Shown here in pieces: positions 37,201 to 62,400 of a DNA stretch of 64,000 bases. The position numbers and the translations under genes were made by a program. The notes beneath the pieces are model-generated. The model ran no database searches and had not been told where the DNA came from. It saw only the letters and a list, made by a program, of their open reading frames with translations. The stretch is from Tubiluchus corallicola. Its lineage: Eukaryota > Animalia > Priapulida. The stretch's first letter is position 1. Each line of letters opens with the position of its first letter. The DNA is taken from the NCBI GenBank assembly GCA_030141605.1, contig JAQGDQ010000161.1, positions 408,041 to 472,040 on the forward strand. Reading direction: 5' to 3'.

Positions 37201-38986
37201 CAACCTAGGTTTATGGCGTAACAGCTAAGAAATTATAACTGTGTGCTGCAAACAATTGGTAATCAAAGCACGCTAATCTCAGTTTGACGTATTTCTTAAC
37301 TTTAACTTACTTTGCAAGTTTAAATAATCATCAAAATTATCTTTTCGATCAAGATTGATGTTTTTACAATGGCTGTTTCGTGTAGTAGCAATTTATTCTG
37401 CTGCTCAGATTACTATGGCTTTGATTTACGTAAAAGAATTTTTTAACAACCAAAGCAAACATTTAGTAGACAGGGACGGACATAAGAAAGGAGCCATCAG
37501 TCTAGCAAGTTTTGACTGATTATACTGGAATGATCATATCTCTACCAGTTCTCCAAATATACAAGCTTTTTTTGGTTCAACATGTATATCAAAGATCTAC
37601 AAGTCAGATAAAATTTGACAAATGCATATAATTAAAAATTTCATTTACATCGAACAGACCACGCTGTAATATTTCATGGGTTTCCCTTTCTTCAATTTTG
37701 CAGCAGAGAAACTGACAGATTTAAGATTTAAGTTGAAATCCTTGAAAAAAGACTGTTGTTTGTGCACAAATTGTAACACACATGTAAAGAGTATTTCTCA
37801 TGCAATTTTTTTCACTAACCAGCTCACATGTTTCATTTTGAACAGAATGTTGGGTGGCAGAATGTGCTGCAGGCATACTGAGCAGTGAACAAAAGTTATT
37901 GCGCATTTCAGTTTGTCTGCCAAACAAAAAACGTTTTTCACCATCTGTGCAATTCTGCTAACAACCTCCCAAATTTTTTTTTCATAAAACTGTACAAAGT
38001 TATCTGTAAATTAAGAATGCTATCATTATAAAGACAAAAATACTTTCTAACTTTGGCATACTTAACACATCTCATTATCTTGCAATTCCAATGTAAACAT
38101 TGCAAATTTTCAAGACAAGTGAACATTATTCATAAACCACCACTCACATTTTGTCAAAAACACAAAAAAACCGCAAATACCATTAATAATTATCAAAGTT
38201 ATTAATCACTTATTAATCAAAAGAACAGTATCGTTAAAAACTATTCTAATATTTCTATACAAAAATGTACAATCAACTGTCTCTAACTTTGAACCATATA
38301 CTTCACCAAACAGACAACTATTATTCAAAATTTAAGCTTCCATAGGAAACGAAGTTGTACAAATATCATTCAATATGCAAACTTCCCTAGGAAGTATTGA
38401 AACCAAATTAACGTTGTAAAACCTATGTCAAAGCGAAACTTACAACCTACTTGAATCCAGATGCAAAATATAAACATGACTTTTGTAATTTGAAAGTTTA
38501 ATTAATTTTTCTATTACATACTATTCTGTGATATCGCCATTCCACAGATTTCCGTACAATATCAACGTCTCTACATAAAAATTCAAAAGCACGATTTGAT
38601 GACGCTCTCAACATCTTAGATTTCTTAGTAAAGCAAAAACTGTCAACCTTCAAATTTTAATATGACAAATACAATCAAAGAAAGGAGAAAAAAATTAACA
38701 TAAATTCCAAAACAGTGATGTACAACAAGTTAGACAGTGTACACAAATCAAGGTGTGCAGTGAATCTGTCACAATAAAGCTCTTGCATAAGGCAACCATT
38801 ATTATGTACAAAACCTGTTATTCGTTAGCGTTTTTACACGTGTTGCCAAGTTACAATGTGATTAAGCAATAAATAAAGAGTGTAGCATCAGTCCATGGAT
38901 TAGTTACAAGAATTTACAACTGTACAACAATGTCCTGCCAAGTTCATTGACGACAAGGCAATTAGTAATTACCTAAAATTTGAACC

Positions 38987-50907
<11,921 letters not shown>

Positions 50908-51069
50908 TTTAACAAACAAAAGACTATTCGCAACTAGCGCGCCCTATGGAGGAATAATTAAAGCATATAACATGACTCTAAAATTCTAACCATAGTACCT
51001 ATTTAACAATACAGCAGGTCAATTAGCTTACTATGTATAGTAGAAGTAATAAAAGAAATAAAAATAAAA

Positions 51070-51303
<234 letters not shown>

Positions 51304-51328
<25 letters not shown>

Positions 51329-54045
51329 TTAATTCTTTATTTGTCATAAAACCGGTTCCCTCATTATAATAGAATTGAGTTAGCCTCAGCGTAATGTTAA
51401 AATAACAACACTATTCAAGACAAATGCGTCCAGTGCATACTAAAAAAAACTAAAGTGCAAACTATATACAATATAATGAACATATTTACAAATACCATAT
51501 TAAAATATTTTTACAAACAATTATAGGAAAGTACATTAAATTTTACATTACATAGTGCACACTATTTATACATTTAACATTAAGAAACACGAAACTAACA
51601 TAACACGTATTACATTACATAATTTTTTTTAAAAATTTCATTTTTAATCATTATATGGAGTCAGGGGCGGGGGTATATGAAAGTGGAGTCTGTGTAATTA
51701 GTATCAGATGCACAAGGTGGAAGTTGAAACCTGTTATATTGATATTCTTTTAATTTCTTTTTAAAGTGGTGGAGAGATTCTATTTGTTTTATTTCACTGG
51801 GTAGTAAGTTCCATAAATGTATGGCCTGTTTTGATATAGAGTTATTTCCAAATTTATTGTTTACCGTAATTTGCTTTAAATTGTATGTTCTAGTGTTCAA
51901 TGTGGTATCAGCAATAAATGCTAAGGGATTGTTTATAAATGGAATGCTCAGTTTATTTATATATTTATAAAGAAATATCAGTGTTTTGTAATCTCGATAG
52001 GCTTCTAATATTGGTATTTTTGTGGACGTTCTTAAGCTTGTTGCAGAAGCAGCATGTTGTTTAGCAGTTTTGTTAGAGTAGCCATGAATTAATCTAAGTG
52101 CGTAGTTTTGCATTGTATTTGGTTTCATATTTGACGTTTTGAAGTAAAGTGCAACCATATAGATAATGTGGTAATATTAGACTTTTGTAGATGAGAATTT
52201 TTGTTTTCTTGGTTAGATGGCCTCTGGTTTGGCGTAAGAATGTCGTGCTTAATGCCATCTTGTTGTGTATTTGATGAAACTGTTCATCCCAAGTGAGTTT
52301 ATTGTCGACAGTAATGCCTAAAAATTTTACAGTTTTTGCTTGTTCTATGGAACAGTCACCTACTTTTAGTGTTGCATTAGAAGTAATGTCATTTGATTTG
52401 GGTAATATTACCATAAATTCTGTCTTATCATCATTCATTTTTAAACCAAAATAGTTATATGCTGCATTTATATTTGTTATGTCTTTTTCTAGATTATTTT
52501 TTGATGTTAGAAAGTCTGCGTGTGCTGTATAGAGTGTTGTATCATCGGCATATTGTGTTAAGTCTGAATTATGTAAAACTAAATGAATTTTATTAACGTA
52601 TAAACAAAAGAGTAATGGACCTAATATCGTACCTTGTGGGATGCCTCTCTGCGGTGTGTCCCATGTTGAAAAAGTGTGTTTGTTCAGTTTGACTCTTTGT
52701 TTTCTATTGTGTAGGTAATTATTAATTAGTTTGAGAGAAGTATAATCGAATCCTAGTTGGCGTAAGTTGTCTAGTAGTAAATTGTGATCGAGGCTGTCAA
52801 AAGCTTTACTTAGATCTAAAAATGCTGCTGTTATATATTTATTTTTATTTAAGTTGTAACGCCACTTTTCAGTGGCATCAATTATCGCGTCTATTGTAGA
52901 ATGTAGTTTTCTAAAACCAAATTGATGATTTGACAGTAACTTATTATTTTCAATGTAATGGTTTATTTGGTTGTAGATAACTCTTTCAAATACTTTGGCT
53001 AGTACGTGCACTACTGAGATTGGTCTGTAGTTTTTAGCATCATCTTTAGCATCTTTCTTGTGTATTGGAGTTATGTTTGCTTGTTTACACACTGCTGGAA
53101 ATTCTGAGCGCATTAAGACTTGGTTTGTGATATATGTTAGATGAGGAGTAATGATGCTGGCACAGTCTTTTAAGATCTTTATTGGCATGTCTCAGGGTCC
53201 ACTTCCTTTATTTATATTTAAACTGTTTAATATTCTAAAGATGTCGTATTCTGTGACGCTAGTAAATGAGAAAGTGGATTGTATTACTGATTGGTTTTTG
53301 TATATATTGTGTATATTTGCATTATGTTGGTGTGGCAAGTTGTCAAATTTTCCGAGATTGATAAATGTGGAATTTAATTTGTTAGCAATGTCAACTGGAT
53401 CAGATATTATACTGTCATTTTCTCGTAAACTATTTATTTGTAATTGATCGTTTCTGTATCTGTTAAGTACGTCATTAATTAAACGCCATTTTTGCTTAGG
53501 TGTAGTTGCGTCATTGCATTTATTAATATAATATTTATTTTTGAGTTTCCTGTTTTAGCTATTAAATTTATTTCGTGCCTTTTTGTAATTATTGTAATTG
53601 CTTTTACCTTTTAAATGTAAATATGTTCTATATAATTCATTTTTATTGTGTCTTAGTTTTGCCAGTTCTGTATCCGCCCAAGAGCAGGCAGATTTTGCAT
53701 TAAATTGCTGCTGATGTATTTTAATTTTTCTATACGGTGCATAGATATCCAGGCAGTATTCCATATTATTTATTAGTGTGTTTATTTGTATGTCAATGTC
53801 AGTCATTGTGTAAACATTACTCCAATCCAATTTGGTTAAAGTATCTTGAAATATACCTTTATTATATGTAGAATAATCTCTGACTGTTTTCCAGACTGTG
53901 CCTGTATTGTTTTTGGTTGGTTCTGTTTTGTCTACTATTATTATAAAATAATGATCAGAATAATCACACGAGAAGTTTTCTTGTACTTGGAAATTGTCTT
54001 TAGCGTTTGAGATAAAGTGGTCTATGGTAGTAGATGATGTTTTAG
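51304..54045 (-). mobile_element. 5'-truncated L2/CR1-group LINE (APE endonuclease C-terminus + reverse transcriptase), lightly decayed
   Basis: TIDHF..SDH endonuclease end; NYRPIS, QFGFR, FLDLSKAFD, GIPQGTILGPLLF, YADD and KFLG RT motifs. In-frame stops at 53555-53557 and about 53192, one frameshift near 52120. The 3' UTR ends in AATAAA then (TA)n. Confidence 0.93.
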
Positions 54046-54082
54046 CAGTAGTAGTAGTAGTAGTAGTAGTAGCAGTAGTAGC

Positions 54083-54180
<98 letters not shown>

Positions 54181-54222
54181 CAGTAGTAACAGTAATAATA
54201 ATAAGAACAACAACAACAACAT
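54044..54222. repeat. (AGT)n microsatellite grading into (AAT)/(AAC)
   Basis: Seen directly in sequence. Confidence 0.97.
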
Positions 54223-54560
54223 TTATTTTGTGATCAAAAGCATAACACAGTGTTATGGGCTGTGTTAGGAAAGTCCAAAAACAGAAACATTTCTGCAAAA
54301 CCATGACATTGTGTATATACTGCCAAAGTCTAAACAATAGAAAGCAACGAGTGTAAAACATGGCCCAGGGGCCCGTCTATTATAATTTCGCAAATTCGTG
54401 CAATTGAATATATTCTCAGCCATATTATACTATTAAAAAAAGTCTTACTAATATAACCCTTCAGATCACTTGACTATAGTTTCCTGCATTATAAATTTTG
54501 ATGAAGTGTGTATTCAGGATGTATAATGTCAACATACAAAGACCACAGCTACTCATTATA

Positions 54561-54609
<49 letters not shown>

Positions 54610-55089
54610 GTATATCCTATTACGTGTATTTTATAACAACAATACTTCATGCTGGGACGTCAAGGTAGAGAAAGCTAAATGTATTCATAGCTACTTTGTA
54701 GTAAAATCAACTTGTCTAATTTTATTTTACAATAATAAAATAAAAATAATTTTCATATCTAAATTATTCAAGAAAACTAACATTATAGCTAAGAGGACAT
54801 TTTCGTATTGAAAAAGCAGTTAGTGATCTATTGTCTCCTTGTTGTTTTGCTGATACCGAAAATTGCTTACAATGTTGAACTAACTTCTGAAATTTAAGGT
54901 TATATTAGTTGACAATGTTTCTGACCAATTGACAATGGTCAGAAACTGAAAATTTTGCAACAATAGTTATAAAATTGAGCCTTAGCAATGAAGAGATGAT
55001 AGCCTTTTACTTGAAAGTGCTTATTTCCTTTCATTGAATTCACCTTGCTTGAATACATGGGAAGTGCATTTCACAAAGAAACTTCAACA

Positions 55090-56163
55090 TTTATATTCAA
55101 CCCATTACCTACGGGTCAAAGTTCAACGAATCCCGCCATAACTTATACCATTCAATTTGTCTCATTGAGACCTTTTTTTTGATGTGCAACAAGCAACTTT
55201 TGATAGACCCTGGAAGGCATTTGTCTCCTCAACCCCTATTTTGCCCCTAAAGGGGTCACGGGTAAACGATTCACACTGTAACCTATACAATTCGATTCGC
55301 CTCATCAAAACCTTTCATTTGATATGCTTTCAAGACCATATACCAATGGTCTTGATATCGTACATCGTACTATTCATAAACACAAAGGCTTTCTGTTCCC
55401 GACCCCGATTTTTCGATTTTTGCCCCCTACTGGGGTCAGAGATCAACCAGTCTCGGCATAACTTATACCATTCGGTTTGATTCACCGGACGGCATTTGTA
55501 TTCTCAACCTCCATTTTGCCACCTAGCGGAGTCGCGGGTTAACTTTTCTCATTGTAACCTATGCCATTCGATCGCCACATCGGGACCTTTAATTCGATGT
55601 GCTACAAGGTACCATTGCTCAACACTCGGTACACTTCTGTTCCCGACCCCGAATTCTCGGTTTTCGCCCCCTAGCAGAAAAAATATCCCATGTTTTGTGA
55701 TGTGCAAGGCTACGACACCACCTAGCAACACACCAAATATTGAGGCCCTAGCTCGAAAACTGCGGGAGCAGATGGCAATTGCGGGACCCCAAATATTACA
55801 TTTTGGCCCCTCCCCCGGGCGTTTAAAACTTGTCAGCTTTTTAAAACCCCAGGTGCACATCTACGGCACAGTGCCCAAATACTTGTGAAAAAAATTGTAA
55901 AAAAACGAAATCCTAGGAGGTGCGACCTAAAGGAAAAACGCCCACTGCCCTTCCCCCTTGATCAACGGTCAGAGATCGCCATACTATTGTATGTCCCCCG
56001 CCCAGGACTACCAACCCTGTGAGTTTGATGACCCTAGCTTGCAAGGTTTACGAGTTATTAAGCGTTAAATTTGTGGAGAATAAATAACCGTATTTTGCTA
56101 TGACAGAATCTTAATAAATAGCTCGACGAAAACAGTAAAATTGTGCTATAGCAAAATCTTAAC
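55090..56163 (-). mobile_element. Inverted copy of the HINE-like family seen at 8143-10790
   Basis: Reverse-complement cores (CCATTCGATT.G.CTCAT.AA.ACCTTTCATTTGAT) repeat about every 140 bp, and the terminal CAGAATCTTAA matches the TTAAGATTCTG start. Confidence 0.7.
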
Positions 56164-56839
56164 AAGTCTCTGTAGCCTAAAGAATACTTAACTAAAATAG
56201 AAGCATACAAAAGCAATTCATTTATAAGATTAAGCGCTGCCACACTTGAAATATTATTATGACACGTAATATAACCAGTCAATGTCATCATTTGGGCAGT
56301 GAGCAGCTCAGGCTGTTCAGTAGCCAGAATCTCGATGCCCATCTGTACCGTCATATTGTAAACAAACAGAAACCGCTACACATATTGCGGTATATTTTAC
56401 TTTTGGGTAATTATTCGATTTGAAAAAAGCGTATGGAACTTCCCTTCTCCTAAGGCTGTAAGGACGTACTTATTTTGCTGTACAGTTTTTCAGGGTTGGT
56501 AGAAACCAAAACAACGGAAATTTCACTTCTAAATGAGATTTTCCCTCTTGTTGGACGTTAGTTGCCTTGTAGTTAGTGTTAAAGTTTATCAACAAGAGGT
56601 TGAGAGTTTGTGCAGTGTGCAGATAATTTACGACATTTCAAAAATAAGAAGAAAACAATTTTGTTTTTGACATCCCAGTTCCCGATGGAAAGACGGTGAA
56701 AGATCTCATAATTATGAGTCATCAGAAATTTGGAATAGCCTAATGCTAGGCTTACTGTTGTTTAATTGATTAACCAGTGCAAAAACGAGACATATAGCAG
56801 TTTTTGCGATTTTTCACTGCTGTTAAGCCAGTTATTCTC

Positions 56840-57110
56840 ATTATCATGATCATCATCACCATCATTGAAGTGTCATTCCGCCTGTTGTAGACACTCATTA
56901 CCATTCATTAGAGCACCTCCAACCACTACTATCTGCAGCTAATAGCACAAGTTCTTCTACTCCTAAAGAGAGACTTGGTTGAAGCTCTTGAGTATCGTTA
57001 TTTATTTTAGCTATCCCAGTTGTTTTTGGTTTGGCAGTTAGTTTCTTTGCAAGGTTCAAATGCGGATTCTTACCTGTGTTTCATTTGATAATCTTAGAAG
57101 ATGTGCCGGG
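56840..57110 (-). mobile_element. Second decayed RTE 3' fragment with (ATG)n tail
   Basis: The minus strand reads HLLRLSNETQVR..KPKTTGIAKINND, similar to 41447-41659. (CAT)n tract at 56843-56866. Confidence 0.55.
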
Positions 57111-57176
57111 TGACATTCTATATTAAGTGTTTATATTTACCATTTATTTGCATGCTAGAAAACTAATGATTATTAC

Positions 57177-57599
57177 CAGAGGGCGTCAACACTTTACGAC
57201 GCCCTAGGCTGACAGTTCTGTCCAGCCTATCTGTATTGTGAATGTTTGGTTGTTTATGCAATGAGCAGATTAAACAATTACTTGTGGTGTATTAGAAACA
57301 TTATTAACATAGTTTCTACGAGGCCGTTATTAATTACATATATTTGCGTAGCATTTTTATTCAAGTAGGCTGCGCAACTGCTTGTTGTGTAATACCGTGT
57401 GCCTGTTCTTTGTGTGGCACTTATATAGAAGGTGCGCTCAGTAACTGCCTGTGGTGTGATATAAAGTGCGCAATTTATATGAATATGAAAGCACACACAT
57501 GTTCCGAGGAGGATAAGAATTTTTTCTAAAATGTGGCGCCCCTCAAACTTTGGCGTCCTAGGCTATAGTCTAGTTAGCCTATTGGTTAATATGCCCCTG
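57177..57599. mobile_element. hAT-like MITE remnant
   Basis: Ends CAGAGGGCG.. and ..GGCGTCCTAGGCTATAGTCTAGTTAGCCTATTGGTTAATATGCCCCTG, with imperfect ATTATTAC-like flanks. Confidence 0.45.
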
Positions 57600-58372
57600 A
57601 TTTATTACTAATGTTGTTGTGTATGCAGCACTGTTACGTCATCCTAGCAGCAGTTGTTGCCTGTAACACTGTAGTGTGGCGCACTTGGTGTATGGTGGTG
57701 TTACGTATGCTTGTCTAGGGGTATGGTGGCACACACTCACATTTGTTAGTCTTGAAGACCAACAATAATTTACAATTGTGGATCCATGTGTACAATTAAG
57801 CCAATTTTAGCAAGTTATAGTGAAACAGTGTGTTTGTTCATGTCATAAGGTGTATTGTCATAATGCACAACCAGAATAATTCAAAAGCAAAGTCAAAGTT
57901 AAATGTTTAATTTTATATTTTGCATTAAATAAGAATCTAGCCAGAGCATTTCAGTTCATGTATGAGCATAATACATTACAGGTATCTATGGTCTCTCTGG
58001 TACACTTGCCCTAGTCTCCTAGATTTTCAACACTGTGCAACCAACTCAAGACAGGAGAGCCTTCTATTTACATGCCAACCTGCTGCCTACACAACACTGC
58101 TCCACTAGTAGAGAACAGCATAACTATACTTATTCAGTATGGCACTATACTTGTTCAGTATCTATGACTATGGAAGCAGGTCTATGACTAGCTTTATCCA
58201 AGCCAGAGACTCTCCTGGAAGGGTTACCTGACAGAGTTAAATCTTGTGTATTTCTACACTGGTCCTGTGCATATGCTGCACCTTACTTACTAGAACCTGT
58301 GCATTTTCTGCACTGGACTTAGTAAATAGCACTTACCTTGTTCAGGTAGTGAAGACAGCTGCTCAGTCCTCC

Positions 58373-58558
58373 TGCTTATCCAGCAGGGCTGCTTATTCAG
58401 CAAGGCTGCTTGTTCAGCAGAGGTTGCTTATTCAGCAAGGCTACTTGTTCAGCAGTGGCTGCTTATTCAGCAGTGCTGCTTATTCAGCAAGGCTGCTTAT
58501 CAAGCAGGGCTGCTTATTCAGCAAGGCTGCTTATCCAGCAGGGCTGCTTATTCAGCAG
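58373..58558. repeat. 17-18 bp minisatellite, about 11 copies
   Basis: Unit approximately CAGCA(G/A)GGCTGCTTATT. Confidence 0.9.
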
Positions 58559-58849
58559 TCCAGTCGTTTGCTCCTGAAACTCCTATTTTTATAGGAGGCT
58601 TATCTGCTCTCGTCACGTGACTTCTGTAGAGTTTGTGTACCTGGCGTCCTGGCAACAAATTGCCAGCTATTGCCCAATGTATATTTTGTTGATAAGTGAT
58701 TATTCTAATATTAATTTTACATAATAAACGTATTCTAGAATTATTTAAACACTTTACAGGTTTCATTTTAGTGTTATCGAAGATATAATGTAATTATTTA
58801 ACATATTTAATTTAATTTTGGGGTATGTTGGTTTGTTGTCTCGATCCGC

Positions 58850-59416
58850 ATGTAAACAAACATGGCGGCGTCCTGACGGCGGCTGTTCATGCAAGTGCAT
58901 CTATTTATTAGAATCGCCGCTGATCCCATTCTTAGGGCGTTTATTAGCTAATTTACCGTTTTCAAAGGTGAAATAGCTGTTCTTCTTCAGAACAATTAAG
59001 GCAAGGGGAGGTGAATAAGTGTAAAACACTATTGCGCGCCTTTATCTTAACCACCATAATAATAATGCGGCTCCTTGAGTTACTTTAACGTGCGAGTTGA
59101 TGATTTTGTAGGAAGATTGCGTAAAAATTCGTTGTCCGAAGACACTATTACTATTAGACTTGATAAACGGAGAATAGAAAGATAAGATGAAGTTAACGAC
59201 AATAAAACAAGACCAACTTGAGCCAGGTATGGGTTATCGTTGATCTAGAATCTAGATTTGCTAACAATTGACAGACTGTATACAACTTGTTTACAAAGTC
59301 AAAGATTTATTCAAAACCATCTATCCATGTAAGTAATCAGTTTCTTTCATTGTTGAATTGATTCATAGAAAGCTTTAATAAGTGGACTATCTCTGGTAAC
59401 GTCAAAGCATGATCCA
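58850..59416 (+). pseudogene. Unique 5' part of a putative compact spliced gene or pseudogene that continues into the tandem array
   Basis: YY1-like AAACATGGCGGC at 58858. Candidate exons 59112-59226, 59275-59328 and 59369-59488 are separated by 48 and 40 nt GT-AG introns. No long open frame. Confidence 0.4.
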
Positions 59417-62400
59417 ACTTGCAGTTGAAGTCTAACTATGAAAGGAGAAAGGAACTGATGTTAAAGGAGCAATACTCGCTAAAAGTTAGTAAGTCTATTG
59501 TTCTACATAATATACAATGTACTAACTTAGGTGTAACATTCTAATCATGGCACGACGTGGTGGAACGATAAATGGTCACTACCATGATGTGAATATGAGT
59601 GATAAGATATAGTAGATGTAGGTAAACGTAAACATATTTAGATAAAGTATACATTGCGTTAAATTAGGTGCAACAATCTAATCATGGCACGACATGGTGG
59701 AACGATAAATGGTCACTACCACGATGTAAATATGAGTCATATGATATACCAAGTAATTTAAGTAAAACTAAACATATTAGACCTTACTTGCCTAACCTTT
59801 GTAAGTAAAGAGCTTGACCAAGGTCCCCATTTCTCTTCCCAGCCTTAATCAGCCTAGTAAAAGTTTAAATTATTTTCATTCAGTTTCATTTCTGTGAACT
59901 CGTGTGGGCTGTGTGCAGCTCTTCGCATGATTTGGCATGAGGTTTTGGCCCCTAAGCTACCAACTGCCCAACTAATGTGCATGCATTTTGCCCAACAACA
60001 TCATCATCATTATTATCAACAGTGTTCATGTCTCATGCCAAATCATCCCAGAACTCACCACGAGGAGGTGGCTGCACTTGAGTTCCATCTAACTAACTTA
60101 ATTAAAAATGATAATAAAATATTACCTAAGAGATCGATTAAATAATTACCGTAATAAATTTGTCAAAAAACTAATCCAGCATTGCCTACTTGCAGTTGAA
60201 GTCTAACTATGAAAGGAGAAAGGAACTGATGTTAAAGGAGCAATACTCGCTAAAAGTTAGTAAGTCTATTGTTCTACATAATATACAATGTACTAACTTA
60301 GGTGTAACATTCTAATCATGGCACGACATGGTGGAACGATAAATGGTCACTACCATGATGTGAATATGAGTGATAAGATATAGTAGATGTAGGTAAACGT
60401 AAACATATTTAGATAAAGTATACATTGCGTTAAATTAGGTGCAACAATCTAATCATGGCACGACATGGTGGAACGATAAATGGTCACTACCACGATGTAA
60501 ATATGAGTCATATGATATACCAAGTAATTTAAGTAAAACTAAACATATTAGACCTTACTTGCCTATTCTTTGTAAGTAAAGAGCTTGACCAAGGTCCCCA
60601 TTTCTCTTCCCAGCCTTAATCAGCCTAGTAAAAGTTTAAATTATTTTCATTCAGTTTCATTTCTGTGAACTCGTGTGGGCTGTGTGCAGCTCTTCGCATG
60701 ATTTGGCATGAGGTTTTGGCCCCTAAGCTACCAACTGCCTAACTATGATAAATAATTATCGCAAAATCTTACATGTGCATGCATTATGCCCAACAATATC
60801 ATCATCATCATCATCATTATCAACAGTGTTCATGTTTCATGCCAAATCATCCCAGAACTCACCACGAGGAGGTGGCTGCACTTGAGTTCCATCTAACTAA
60901 CTTAATTAAAAATGATAATAAAATATTACCTAAGAGGTCGATTAAATAATTACCGTAATAAATTTGTCAAAAAACTAATCCAGCATTGCCTACTTGCAGT
61001 TGAAGTCTAATTACGAAAGGAGAAAGGAACTGATGTTAAAAGAGCAATACTCGCTAAAAGTTAGTAAGTCTATTGTTCTACATAATATACAATGTACTAA
61101 CTTAGGTGTAACATTCTAATCATGGCACGACGTGGTGGAACGATAAATGGTCACTACCATGATGTGAATATGAGTGATAAGATATAGTAGATGTAGGTAA
61201 ACGTAAACATATTTAGATAAAGTATACATTGCGTTAAATTAGGTGCAACAATCTAATCATGGCACGACATGGTGGAACGATAAATGGTCACTACCACGAT
61301 GTAAATATGAGTCATATGATATACCAAGTAATTTAAGTAAAACTAAACATATTAGACCTTACTTGCCTATTCTTATAAGTAAAGAGCTTGACCAAGGTCC
61401 CCATTTCTCTTCCCAGCCTTAATCAGCCTAGTAAAAGTTTAAATTATTTTCATTCAGTTTCATTTCTGTGAACTCGTGTGGGCTGTGTGCAGCTCTTCGC
61501 ATGATTTGGCATGAGGTTTTGGCCCCTAAGCTACCAACTGCCTAACTATGATAAATAATTATCGCAAAATCTTACATGTGCATGCATTATGCCCAACAAT
61601 ATCATCATCATTATCAACAGTGTTCATGTTTCATGCCAAATCATCCCAGAACTCACCACGAGGAGGTGGCTGCACTTGAGTTCCATCTAACTAACTTAAT
61701 TAAAAATGATAATAAAAAATTACCTAAGAGATCGATTAAATAATTACCGTAATAAATTTGTCAAAAAACTAATCCAGCATTGCCTACTTGCAGTTGAAGT
61801 CTAATTACGAAAGGAGAAAGGAACTGATGTTAAAAGAGCAATACTCGCTAAAAGTTAGTAAGTCTATTGTTCTACATAATATACAATGTACTAACTTAGG
61901 TGTAACATTCTAATCATGGCACGACGTGGTGGAACGATAAATGGTCACTACCATGATGTGAATATGAGTGATAAGATATAGTAGATGTAGGTAAACGTAA
62001 ACATATTTAGATAAAGTATACATTGCGTTAAATTGGGTGCAACAATCTAATCATGGCACGACATGGTGGAACGATAAATGGTCACTACCACGATGTAAAT
62101 ATGAGTCATATGATATAGAAAGTAATTTAAGTAAAACTAAACTTATTAGACCTTACTTGCCTATTCTTTGTAAGTAAGGAGCTTGACCAAAGTCCCCGTT
62201 TCTCCTCCCAGCCTTAATCAGCCTAGTAAAAGTTTAAATTATTTTCATTCAGTTTCGTTTCTGTGAACTCGTGTGGGCTGTGCAGCTCTTCGCATGATTT
62301 GGCATGAGGTTTTGGCCCCTAAGCTACCAACTGCCTAACTATGATAAATAATTATTCCAAAATTTTACATGTGCATGCATTATGCCCAACAATATCATCA

